A stretch of DNA of 64,000 bases from an uncultured Rivularia sp. (lineage in GTDB: Bacteria > Cyanobacteriota > Cyanobacteriia > Cyanobacteriales > Nostocaceae), in NCBI GenBank assembly GCA_963665115.1, contig OY762007.1, positions 6,880,001 to 6,944,000 of the forward strand, in the 5' to 3' direction. The notes beneath the pieces are model-generated. The model saw only the letters and a program-made list of their open reading frames with translations. It had not been told where the DNA came from and did no database searches. Numbering within the stretch: position 1 is the first letter of the stretch; each line of letters starts with the position of its first letter. A program made the position numbers and the translations under genes. Shown here piece after piece: positions 33,629 through 44,291 of this stretch.

Positions 33629-33754
33629 TTACGTATTTAAATCTCTGCATTTAGATACTTGTCTTATTCACAAAGGTATATTATAAGGAGCCACTAATTC
33701 AATTTATCCATTTTCATTACGAATAAAACCTGTAGCTTCAATAATCGCTAGTTT
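33629..33754 (-). pseudogene. Decayed C-terminal remnant of a sixth FHA paralogue
   Basis: KLAIIEATGFIRNENG*IELVAPYNIPL*IRQVSKCRDLNT* matches the paralogue C-termini, with two internal stops. Confidence 0.85.
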
Positions 33755-33774
33755 AAAGGATTTTTCTGGAGTTA

Positions 33775-34127
33775 GTAGGTTGGGTTAGACACGACAACCA
33801 ATTTTTTTGGTGAAAACAATCTATCTCCATCGTCTCGTAACCCAACACAAAAATTGCGTACAAGTATTATTGTCTGAAGCAAGAATATTTAATAAATCGA
33901 TAAGGTAAGCTGATGTGCAGCTAAATTATATAATGTGTTAGCGCAGCGTGTCCGAAGGACATAAAAATGAAAACATTGTAGTGCGTTAGCGCAGCGTGTC
34001 CGCCAGGACAAGCATCTTGCACGAAGGGTATTATACAAATTAAGTGCGTAACAGCTTAATGTTGGGTTACGACGCAAATATAATTTTTCGTGAAAACTAT
34101 ACTTTTTTGTGCCTCGAACCCAACCTA
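33775..34127. repeat. Pair of inward-facing GTAGGTTGGGTT long-loop hairpins enclosing two short dispersed repeats
   Basis: Hairpins ~33775-33847 and 34060-34127; GTTAGCGCAGCGTGTCCG..GGACA at 33937 and 33985, relative in reverse at 36320-36347. Confidence 0.7.
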
Positions 34128-34152
34128 CAAACTACCAATTACCCAATTCCCA

Positions 34153-35145
34153 CTAACTCTTCCCACTACCAATCAAATACAGTAAAGCCATCCTCACCGC
34201 AACTCCGCTCGTCACCTGATTCTGTATCAAACTAAATTCTGGATCGTCCATCAAATCTGAACTAATTTCAACACCCCTATTTACTGGCCCCGGATGCAAT
34301 ACTTTGACATTATCGTTGCAGTTTCGCAACTTATCTCGCGTGATTCCAAATAATTGATGATATTCCCGCAAGGAAGGCAATAAATGCTCTGTCATGCGTT
34401 CCTTTTGCAATCTTAATGTCATGACAAAATCAGCATCCTGCAAAGCTGGTTCTAATTCCCAATGTACGAATAGTTTACCAGGTCTATCTTTACCGTAATC
34501 TGCAAATAATTTTGGTAAAAGCGTGGGTGGTGCTACTAAATGTAGCTCTGCGTCGGTAGCTGCGGTAAGACTCCAAATATTTGACCTGGCAACCCGAGAA
34601 TGCAGAATATCTCCCACAATGGCAATTTTTTTACCCTGCAAAAGTTCTAACCGGGGTTTCTCTCGATCGAGCAAACTACAGATAGTAAACAAATCTAATA
34701 GCCCTTGAGAAGGATGTTCGTGCTGCCCGTCACCAGCATTTAGCACGCTGACTTTTACACCCAAACGGTCCATTTCTGTTGCGATCGCGTTTGGTACTCC
34801 TGCTTCTCGATGACGCACCACCATGATGTCGGTGCCCATCGCTAAATAAGTTTTGGCTGTATCTAAAATTGTTTCTCCCTTTGTCATCGAAGAACTTGCT
34901 GCGGAGAAGTTCAACGTATCTGCACTCAAGCGTTTTGCAGCGAGTTCAAAACTACTGCGAGTCCGAGTTGATGGTTCAAAAAACAAATTCGCCACCACTT
35001 GCCCCTGCAAAGTAGGTACTTTTTTCATCCGCCGCGTTAGCACTTCCTGAAAACTAGCAGCAGTCTGTAAAACTGCGTTGTATTCAGTAGCGGAGAAATC
35101 AGCTAGGGAAAGAACGTGATGACGAGTCCAGGTGGTAGTAGGCAT
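34153..35145 (-). CDS. pyrB: Aspartate carbamoyltransferase catalytic subunit
   Basis: [32 protein letters not shown]. Confidence 0.97.
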   Translation of the reverse strand: MPTTTWTRHHVLSLADFSATEYNAVLQTAASFQEVLTRRMKKVPTLQGQVVANLFFEPSTRTRSSFELAAKRLSADTLNFSAASSSMTKGETILDTAKTYLAMGTDIMVVRHREAGVPNAIATEMDRLGVKVSVLNAGDGQHEHPSQGLLDLFTICSLLDREKPRLELLQGKKIAIVGDILHSRVARSNIWSLTAATDAELHLVAPPTLLPKLFADYGKDRPGKLFVHWELEPALQDADFVMTLRLQKERMTEHLLPSLREYHQLFGITRDKLRNCNDNVKVLHPGPVNRGVEISSDLMDDPEFSLIQNQVTSGVAVRMALLYLIGSGKS

Positions 35146-35461
35146 AGATTTTTATCGACTCTGGCGTGCTTATTATTGCACGAGCGATGATGTCTCTACA
35201 GTTACTTAGTTTAAGTGTGCAGAGCAAATCATACCACCAAGTTGGATTTTTAACTATTAAGGATGAGAGTGGGAAGAGGGGGAAGAGGGGGGAGAGGGGG
35301 GAGAAAAAAAGGAATTTTTATAAGTAATCGTAGCTATCACGTTAGAAGTAATTAAGGTTCGTAGTGCAAGCCTCTCGCTTCTTTGTGATCGATTTGGTAA
35401 GTAGAATCTCTTCTATTCCTATTCCCTATTCCCCATTCCCTATTCCCTATTCGCTACTTAC

Positions 35462-35779
35462 CTAAAGATTCTTTTTAACTGCGTCGGCAAATTCTTCATA
35501 AGGTTTAACACCGACAATATTTTCTACTAACTCGCCGTTTTTGAAAATTAAAACCGCAGGAATGCTGCGAACTTCGTATTTTTTAGCTAGCGGTTTATCT
35601 TTATCTACGTCTATTTTTACTACTTTAATATCTTCATGCTCTTGCGCTAATTGTTCAACCAAAGGTGCAACCACACGACAAGGACCGCACCAACTTGCAC
35701 TAAAATCAACAACAAGTAGATTTTCCGATTTCAAAAGTGTCTCGAATTCGGTTTGTTGGACTTGAGTTACTGTACTCAT
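35462..35779 (-). CDS. trxA: Thioredoxin
   Basis: WCGPC active site, VRSIP. Confidence 0.9.
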   Translation of the reverse strand: MSTVTQVQQTEFETLLKSENLLVVDFSASWCGPCRVVAPLVEQLAQEHEDIKVVKIDVDKDKPLAKKYEVRSIPAVLIFKNGELVENIVGVKPYEEFADAVKKNL

Positions 35780-36016
35780 AATTTTTGCTATATTTTACTA
35801 ATTTTTACAAAATTACCCTATTAGACATCGAATCGATGTCAATAATAAAAGCGGTTTCCTAATTCTGAATTGATGTTATCGAATTCGGCATTCACCAATT
35901 TTAAGCGATAACGGTCAAGTTATGAACAGCGAACAGTTATCAATGACCAGTAAATACAGGATTGGTGATAAGCGCTGTTTAGTCTATCCTTAATTTCAAT
36001 AATATTATTTATATAT

Positions 36017-36158
36017 GGCGTTGCTGAATACAGATATGAATTTATTTTACTATCCAAGTTGCGCCCCCTAAATCCCCCAATATTGGGGGACTTTAAAATA
36101 TATTTCTACCCCATAATTGGGGGTTGGGGGGCTATTCATATTTTGAATCAGCAACGCC
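36017..36158. mobile_element. MITE-like element with ~25-bp TIRs in TA-rich flanks
   Basis: GGCGTTGCTGAATACAGATATGAAT ... ATTCATATTTTGAATCAGCAACGCC; internal CCCCCAATATTGGGGG hairpin. Confidence 0.7.
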
Positions 36159-36359
36159 TTATATATTTTATTAGGTTTAAATTTAATTCTAAGGGTAATT
36201 AAGGTTCGTAGTCAGGGCTTTAGCCCTTAATCAGATAGCTAAAGTCCGGAGCTACGAACCTATTAAAATAAATATGGCGAAGTACTAAATGATAACTGTT
36301 CACTGTTCACTGATAATTGTATGTCCCTTCGGGACACGCTTCGCTAATGCTGCTAACTC

Positions 36360-37721
36360 TTAAGAGAATACTTGCAAAGCGAAGGAAATTAAAGATAAAA
36401 ATGTCATAAAGCCAACTGCGTCTAAAGTTGTGGTCATTAAAGGACCGCTAATTAATGCTGGGTCTAGGTTTAAGCGTTTTAAGCCCATTGGTAATACTGT
36501 TCCTAGAGTTACGGCTATCATGACGTTTACTGCCATCACGCTTCCAGCTACAAATGATACCCATCGTTCATCAGGTGGCGACCACATCATTGATAATGTT
36601 GTTAAGGCTAAACCCAATCCCACAGCAGTTCCTAAACCTGCGGTTAACTCTTTTCGCAGTAAAGCCATTGTATCTTTAGGAGTTACTTCTCCTAATCCCA
36701 ATCCCCGTACTGTCACTGATAGAACCTGAAAAGCTACGTTGCCGCTACTGTTAGCCAGGATAGGCATAATTATTGCCAAAACCGGGACTACTTTAATCAC
36801 TTCTTGGAAAGGTGCGATCGCGCTAGCAGCAGCAATATATAAACCGATGTTTCCCAACAGCCAGGGTAAACGTTTGCGAAGAGTTACTTTAGGGGAACAC
36901 AAAGCACTTTCCTCACCACCAGTTACCCCTGCAAGTTTTTGAATCTCTTCGGTAGCTTCTTCGTCAATAATATCTACTACGTCATCAATGGTAACAATAC
37001 CAACGAGTCTGTCTTCTTTATCAACTACAGGTAAAGCGATTAAATCGTAACGCTTGATGATTTTAGCTACTTCCCGCTGGGGAGTATCTGTAGTAGTTCT
37101 AATAACTTTGGCAGATGCAATATCTCTCAATAAAGCGTCAGGATAAGAAAACAGCAATTGTCGCAGCGATACAACGCTAACTAATTTGCGGTTGTTATCG
37201 GTGACGTAGGCATAATAAATAGTTTCTTTATCTTCGTCTTGACAGCGGATTTTATTGAGAACTTCTCTGACTGTCAATCCTTCTTGCAACCGCACGTATT
37301 CAGTAGTCATTACTCTTCCTGCGGTACCTTCTGGATAACCGAGAATCGTTGCAGTAACTTGTCTTTCTTGGGGACTCAAAGACTGTAATAACCGTTTGAC
37401 AACCTTTGCGGGTAGTTCGTCGAATAATTCTGCACGTTCGTCAGGACTCATCGCTTCGAGGATTTGCGCTACCTGTACGTCATGCAGAGAATTTATTAAT
37501 TGTTCTTGAACTTCCGGAGGTAAATATTCAAATACGTCGATTGCTCTATTTTTATTAAGTAAACGAAAGGCGATCGCACGCTGTTTTCTTGATAAATTGG
37601 TGATGTAGTCTCCTACATCTACGGCTGGTAAATGGTTCAAATCCCATTTGAGTTCATTTAAATCTGTAACGCCGAAATTAGCAATGTTAATTGAACAATT
37701 GCGAACATCTTGAATAAGCAT
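36360..37721 (-). CDS. mgtE: Magnesium transporter
   Basis: MgtE-N, CBS pair (TAGRVMT, GIVTIDD), SGN..Q, LDPALISGPLMTT. Confidence 0.95.
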   Translation of the reverse strand: MLIQDVRNCSINIANFGVTDLNELKWDLNHLPAVDVGDYITNLSRKQRAIAFRLLNKNRAIDVFEYLPPEVQEQLINSLHDVQVAQILEAMSPDERAELFDELPAKVVKRLLQSLSPQERQVTATILGYPEGTAGRVMTTEYVRLQEGLTVREVLNKIRCQDEDKETIYYAYVTDNNRKLVSVVSLRQLLFSYPDALLRDIASAKVIRTTTDTPQREVAKIIKRYDLIALPVVDKEDRLVGIVTIDDVVDIIDEEATEEIQKLAGVTGGEESALCSPKVTLRKRLPWLLGNIGLYIAAASAIAPFQEVIKVVPVLAIIMPILANSSGNVAFQVLSVTVRGLGLGEVTPKDTMALLRKELTAGLGTAVGLGLALTTLSMMWSPPDERWVSFVAGSVMAVNVMIAVTLGTVLPMGLKRLNLDPALISGPLMTTTLDAVGFMTFLSLISFALQVFS

Positions 37722-37808
37722 ATTTCCTCCTTTTATCTCCCCCGCGCTGAGAGATAAACTCTACAGCTAGAGGAGGATGGTACTACCGTCTTCCGGACTT
37801 CTGTCCAT
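37722..37808 (-). promoter_or_regulatory. mgtE leader: 13-codon uORF (37767-37808) with anti-SD and hairpin
   Basis: MDRSPEDGSTILL*; TCCTCCT in the uORF end is complementary to the SD AGGAGGA. Confidence 0.55.
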
Positions 37809-38731
37809 AAATTTTTAAAAAATCAACATCGATTACCTATGAAGGCATCGCTAAGTCATAATACTAACCCGGAACTGTGTAATCCGGTAGATGCTGAGCT
37901 TCAGTATTATTTTTGTGTGATATTACGCACTACCGAATGTCTCTATGCCCTGATTTTCATTCCAATAGAGTAGATTTTACTACTATCGGCATCTATGTCA
38001 AGGTAATATTTAAATCTCCCTGACAATTTGAAGTGTCAAATTATTAACATTGTAGCAAGTATTTTTTATTTTAAGCAGTCAAATAAAAATCAGTACTATC
38101 ACATATATAAAGTCTCTGTTTTCCCAGTTAATAAGCCTGTGCAGATGGCATTCAATGTAGATCGGACGCAGTTAAATTATCTAAGAAAACTACTGTCAAA
38201 TTTTCAAGAACCTATTCGCGAGCGGCACTATCTTTGCGGCGTTAAAATTTACAGTAACTTAACAATAGTCTTTTATCCGGTAGGTTCTCATATATTATTA
38301 AGACTTTATTGTCAATATTTACATCTTGGTTAAAGCGAGCATCTAATTAGAGTAAAAAAGACAAATAATTTATCGCAGCAAACAGCTTGATAATAATAGA
38401 CTTTTTGCGGAGAATATTAGGAACTTTTAGCATTAAGATTGGTTATAAGGAATTTAAATGAAGCATAAAAAGTAAGTTTTAGATGTTTTATATTGTACGG
38501 ATTTGATAATTTGGAAAAGAATAGCAGTCTTTACTGTTTGGCAAACTGTAAGGTTGAAAAAATCTTTTTGTATTTCATAGAAAGTTAGGAGAGCGATATT
38601 GCAACTCTTGTTAATTAAAGTTTGCCATATCGCCATAGCAGCGATTGCAGAAGTAGAGCGATAAACCTTCTATAATTCACTTTACGACTATTAGATAAAA
38701 TCAAACCTGCTAAAAGTTATAGAAGTTGATT

Positions 38732-41700
38732 ATGTTTAGAACTCTAGAGTTACTTAAGCGCCTAGAATATTACGATAGGCAAGTTAAGACGATTATTCTT
38801 TCCCGTCAAAACCCGATTACTGGCTTGCTCCCGGCTTCAACGGCGATAACCGCTCACGGAGACTATACCGATGCTTGGGTACGCGATAATGTTTACAGTA
38901 TTTTAGCGGTTTGGGGATTAGCGTTAGCTTATCGCAAAGTTGATGAAGATAAGGGGACGCACTTACGAATTAGAACACAGTGTTATCAAGTTAATGCGAG
39001 GATTGTTATTCTCGATGATGCGACAGGCGGGTAAAGTCGAAAAATTCAAGCAGACTCAATCGCCTTTGGATGCCTTACACGCCAAGTACAATACTGCAAC
39101 TGGGGATATTGTTGTTGGTGATGATGAATGGGGACATTTGCAGCTTGATGCGACATCTATATATTTGCTGATGTTGGCGCAAATGACAGCTTCGGGAGTG
39201 CAGTTAGTTTACACTTTGGATGAAGTAGACTTTGTGCAAAACCTGGTTTACTATATCGGACGAGCTTACCGCACCCCAGATTACGGAATTTGGGAACGGG
39301 GTAATAAAATTAATCATGGTAATGCAGAATTAAATTCTAGTTCGGTGGGTATGGCGAAAGCTGCCTTAGAAGCAATTAATGGACTAGATTTATTTGGGGT
39401 ACATGGAAGTAAAGCATCGGTAATTCACGTATTGCCAGATGAAATCGCCCGCGCTCGCATTACCTTAGAGTATTTATTACCTAGAGAATCCGCTTCTAAA
39501 GAAATTGATGCAGCATTGTTGAGCGTAATTAGTTTTCCGGCGTTTGCTGTGGAAGATGAAAGTTTACGTCAGCGCACTTTAGATGAGATTGTGAATAAGT
39601 TAGAAGGTAATTATGGTTGCAAGCGATTTTTACGCGACGGGCATCAAACGGTTTTAGAAGATAGTCAGCGCTTGCATTACGAACCCAGCGAGTTGAAGCA
39701 ATTTGAACATATCGAATGTGAATGGCCGTTATTTTTTACTTATTTATATTTAGATGCACTATTTCGCGGCGAGCAGGATAGAATCAAGCATTATCAGCAA
39801 AGTTTAGAATATACCTTAGTCGAACGCGATAATATGCGTTTGCTACCAGAAGTTTATTACGTACCAGAAGAGAATATTGAAGCCGAGAAGCAAGCACCCG
39901 GAACTCAAAAACGTTTACCCAACGAAAACGTTCCTTTAGTATGGGCGCAAAGTTTGTATTTTCTCGGACAAATGTTGAGCGAAAAATTGCTTTCGGTAGG
40001 AGATATTGACCCTTTAGGGAGATATTTATCTGTAGGAAGACAGCGACAACCGATAGTACAAATTGCTTTATTAGCCGAAGATGAAGACTTGCAGGCTAAA
40101 TTAGCAGTTCGCGGAATTGAAACGCAAACCTTATCACAAATAAAACCAATTCAAGTAAGGCAAGCAGCAGATTTAATTGCAATTTACAAAGGAATTGGAT
40201 GTAACGAAAAACTTGGTTTAACAGGAAGACCACCAAGAATGCCCAGAAGTTTAACTACTTCGAGAATTTTCCGTATTGGTAATGAAAATGTTGTATTTCT
40301 ACCTTCCTTCTTAGATTCAGAGCAGTTTTACTTAACCTTAGATTATCACTTTCTTGTAGCTCAACTTAAAAGTGAATTAGCTTATACAGAAAAATACTGG
40401 AGCGATTTAGGTCGTCCGACATTAACTTTAATGCTAACTCGCACCATGTTAGAAACGGGCAGTGAAGCATTATTATCATTAATAAAAGAATTGAAAGAAG
40501 GTGTATGTAACGGCGTGCGGGTAAAATTGGGAAGATTAAATCAGTTAATGCTTACCGCCAATATTCAAACAGTTAACGTACAGCCAAACTTTGAGTTTCA
40601 GAAATCACCAGTTACAAAAATTGTTCCTCGCAGTTCCTATTTACTTTATAATCCAGAAAACAACTGGTTATTAGAACATACCCAAGAATTCCAAATGGAA
40701 TGCGAAACCAACTTAGAATTCTTGCTTGATTCCTTGCGCTCCTCCGATAATCTTTACGAACAAATCGAATTATTGCAGACATTAACCCGGTTGCAGGGAC
40801 TTGATTTTGATACCGGCTTTGGCGAACCTGGTAATATAACAGTATCGAATTTACTCGACGAAGTTTACTACAAAGCAGGTGAAATCGGACTTTGGGCGGT
40901 TGTGCGTCGTGCTGCCGGATTGCTACAAATGGCAGATATGCGCTTATCGGATATAGTCACCAGCCTTTTAGCACGCGGTAAGCAAATAGCAGTTGGTAGA
41001 GCTTACAACGAAGCATCCTTGATAACCGTACCGCTTTCCCACAAAGAAATAGTCGAGAAAATCAAAAACTTCTGCCGCGAAGACGTGAGAGACGGAGTTT
41101 TAACTCAAGAAATTCTCATTTATTTGCGTACATTAATCAATTCCGAGCCAGAAATATTTCAAGGATTACTTACCTTGAGAATCGGCAATATCATTTTATT
41201 TATTATCAGTAAAATCGCCAGAGAATTAGATATTACTCAAGATGAAGCCTACGAAAATTTAATGCAGCGATCGCCCTTTGAAGTAAAAACGCGATTGAAA
41301 GACTGTTTATTAGAATATTCCGGCATGAATCAGTTGCTGCGTCAGCAAGAATCATTACACGTCAAGCAGAAAGAAAACGAAATCGACTGGATATTAAAGC
41401 CAGTTAGTTTAGAAACAATAGATGTACCCACAGGAGGTTGGCGAAGATATCGGCAAGCAGAAGGAGCCATCAACCGCGTACCAGAAGACTTTTTCGAGGA
41501 AGTTTGGGAATTAATGCACCACTGCAAAGGCTTAATAATCGGCGATAAATTAGAACGTCGCAACCGCTTAGACAGCAAAACACTGATATCAGAAATGACA
41601 GCAGGAGAAAAGAACTTTGCCTTAAGAGTAGAGCATTTGTTAAACAAAATCGAAGCTCCAGAATACCGCCAAGCCAACGTCGAAGCATTAATGGAACTCG

Positions 41701-41963
41701 CGGCGATCGGCAAAAATAATCCAGAATTAGAAATCCGCGAATATATAGTTTTAGATGTATTAATTGGTCATGCCGTGCGATTAAATTGGTTAAATAATCA
41801 ACCACAAAGAAAAGATAAATACGACGAAGACAAAGCCGCAGCATGGCGATATTTTTACAATACTTCTCCCCAAGAATGCGCCAAGAATATTGTTAAAGCC
41901 TTTAGATTCTTAATAGAATTTGGCGATGAATTCGCAGTTAGTGAAGTGGAAGTAGAAGTTTAA
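38732..41963 (+). CDS. Glycoside hydrolase family 15 / phosphorylase kinase alpha-beta-like protein (~1076 aa; apparent +1 frameshift at GGGG 38953-38956)
   Basis: [43 protein letters not shown]. Confidence 0.88.
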
Positions 41964-42090
41964 TTGTTAATTGGTTGACTGGTTCCTAGTCTCCGGCTGG
42001 GAACCTCCTAAAAAAGGCTCTGCCTTCAAAGATATGTGAAAATACGGGCAGGGATGCCCGTACCACAAGAGTTTTCATACATTAGATTCA

Positions 42091-42327
42091 GATTGTAGGG
42101 TGTGTTAGACGCACGATTAATTATTAAATAAACGATAATTGAGAAAATCGTCTAACGCACCATCCGAGATTAGTTTTAATCATATCTGGCGATTCAAATC
42201 GCAGCTACACAAGCAAAGTCTATCTTCGTAGACTAAATTTTTGATTGTAGGGTGTGCTAGACGCACGATTAATTATCAAATAAACGATAATTGAGGAAAT
42301 CGTCTAACGCACCATCCGAGATTAGTT
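42091..42327 (+). repeat. Two 85-bp direct repeats (152-bp period), each a GTAG long-loop hairpin
   Basis: 42091-42175 and 42243-42327 are near-identical. Confidence 0.9.
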
Positions 42328-42373
42328 AATAAATGCTTATTTAAAAAAATATAATTTATTGGACAGATAAGTT

Positions 42374-42787
42374 ATGAATGGAGACGAATTTTTCGAGCGT
42401 TACGAAGCGGGAGAGCGAGATTTTAGTGGTCTTGACTTGAGTGGAATTGATTTGGAAGAAATGGTTTTGGAAAACCTCAACTTGAGTGGAGCCAACCTTA
42501 GCGACGCTAATGTATGCGAGGCGGTTTTAGATGATGTCGATTTGAGCAGAGCTGACCTTAGCGGAGCCAACTTCAGCCAAGCGGGTTTGCGAGATGTCAA
42601 TTTGACTGGAGCTATTCTCACTGATACCTTTTTCGGAGAACCCTGCTTCACAAGAGTTGATTTGACTGGAGTTGACCTTAGTGAAGCTAATATCTTGTGG
42701 ATTGAACATAAAAATAGAATCAAAAAAGTTACTTTGTGTAACACTTTGATGCCTGATGGGACTATCAGAAACGACCACTGTACTTAA
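42374..42787 (+). CDS. Pentapeptide repeat protein
   Basis: EFFERYEAGERDFSG start, pentapeptide repeats, MPDG end. Confidence 0.9.
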   Translation: MNGDEFFERYEAGERDFSGLDLSGIDLEEMVLENLNLSGANLSDANVCEAVLDDVDLSRADLSGANFSQAGLRDVNLTGAILTDTFFGEPCFTRVDLTGVDLSEANILWIEHKNRIKKVTLCNTLMPDGTIRNDHCT

Positions 42788-42860
42788 ATTATTATTTCTT
42801 AGTTCGTAGTTTGGGTTGAGGAACGAAACCCAACTAAATAATTCAACTCACAATAATATT

Positions 42861-43151
42861 AAACACCCAACGAAATAAATCGCTTCATCTATAAATGTAT
42901 GTTGGGTGATTCATATGAAATCAAAAGGTTGATGTTAGGTTACGACGCAATATAAATTAATTGCTTAATTATTAAATCTTGCGGTGCGTCTAACCCAACC
43001 TACTGGCTAAACACCCAACAAAACAACTCGCTTCATTCAAAAATGAATATTGGGTAATTCATATCAAATCAAAAGGTTGATGTTGGGTTACGACGCAATA
43101 TAAATTAATTACTTAATCATTAAATCTTGCGGTGCGTCTAACCCAACCTAC
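42861..43151 (+). repeat. Tandem duplication, 148-bp period, each copy ending in an ...AACCCAACCTAC hairpin
   Basis: 42861-43003 vs 43009-43151. Confidence 0.9.
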
Positions 43152-43342
43152 CAGGTATTTATTTAATCGAATTTAAAATAACAAATAACTCTTGGTGCGT
43201 GACGCTATGACAAACATTGTAATTATCCATAACAAATTATAAAGCGTCACACACCCTACAAATATTTAGAATAAATTACCTCTTTTTTCCTCCCACAAAA
43301 GATTAAAATAATTATCTCCTTGTGAATGCATCTACTCCTTCC

Positions 43343-44182
43343 ATGACAAAATCCGCTGACATCAGCAGCAAAAAGATAATTAGCCTCGCACCAGAAAACT
43401 GGGTAAAGTGGGTAACTCAAATCCCCGACATTACAGCAACAGAAATTCTTGACTCCGAATTTCAATGGATAAGCCGAGAATCTGACGTACTCATCCGCGC
43501 TCAAAGCAAACAGTTCGGTGAATTTCTAGCTTTAAACGAATTACAATTGCGTTATAAAGCAGAAATGCCCAAACGAATGCGGGCTTATATATCGTTAGCA
43601 GAAGAAAAATATAATCTTCCCGTCTATCCCGTACTAATTAACATTCTCAAAGTTAGTGAAACCGAAATCCCCACTCGATACGAATCAGAATTTGCCGGAA
43701 TAATAGCCCGTCAAGATTATCGCGTAATTAATCTATGGGAAGTCGATGCTAATTTGGCATTTGAAGAAAACTTATCTTCTTTATTACCATTTGTACCAAT
43801 TCTTAAAGATGGTGCAGAAGAATCGATCGTACAGCAAGCCTTACAAAAGCTTCGCGCTGATGAAAACTTAAATCAATTAGAAACCGTTTTAGCGTTTTTT
43901 GCTACCTTCGTATTAGATAGTGCATTAGTCAAACAAATCATGAGGTGGGATATGGCAATATTAACTGAATCTCCTTGGTATCAGCAGATTTTAGGAGAGG
44001 GAGAAAGAAGAGGAATAATATCTGGTATTGAACTGGATTTAGAAATTAAATTCGGTAATAAAGGATTGCAATTAATGCCACAAATCTCTCAAATTACCGA
44101 TTTAGAACAATTAAAGGTGATTCAACGGGGTGTTAAAACTGTTAATTCTTTGGAAGAGTTGCGGGGATTAATTTCTTCTTAA
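43343..44182 (+). CDS. Rpn family recombination-promoting nuclease / putative transposase (PD-(D/E)XK)
   Basis: ADISSKK, RESDVLI, NELQLRY, RMRAY, YRVINLWE, LLPFVP, ESPWYQQI. Confidence 0.85.
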   Translation: MTKSADISSKKIISLAPENWVKWVTQIPDITATEILDSEFQWISRESDVLIRAQSKQFGEFLALNELQLRYKAEMPKRMRAYISLAEEKYNLPVYPVLINILKVSETEIPTRYESEFAGIIARQDYRVINLWEVDANLAFEENLSSLLPFVPILKDGAEESIVQQALQKLRADENLNQLETVLAFFATFVLDSALVKQIMRWDMAILTESPWYQQILGEGERRGIISGIELDLEIKFGNKGLQLMPQISQITDLEQLKVIQRGVKTVNSLEELRGLISS

Positions 44183-44291
44183 TACAAAATAACGGATTAA
44201 AAAAACCGCAGAGAGCGCAGAGAGCGCAGAGGAAGAAATTTAGAGAGAAAAGAAAGTAATATCTCTCCTCTGCGTACCTTTTTTCAAAACA

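Noticed and set aside
37722..37960. M-box (ykoK) riboswitch upstream of mgtE
   Set aside because: Could not recognise the M-box consensus by eye; an Rfam scan is needed to exclude it formally
42104..42156. Integron attC site (GTTAGAC / GTCTAAC boxes)
   Set aside because: The boxes are in the opposite order to attC (RYYYAAC should precede GTTRRRY) and no integrase is present
42091..43258. CRISPR array (repeats with ~36-nt variable inserts)
   Set aside because: The inserts lie inside inverted stems, not between direct repeats; duplicated copies share the same insert; no cas genes in the window
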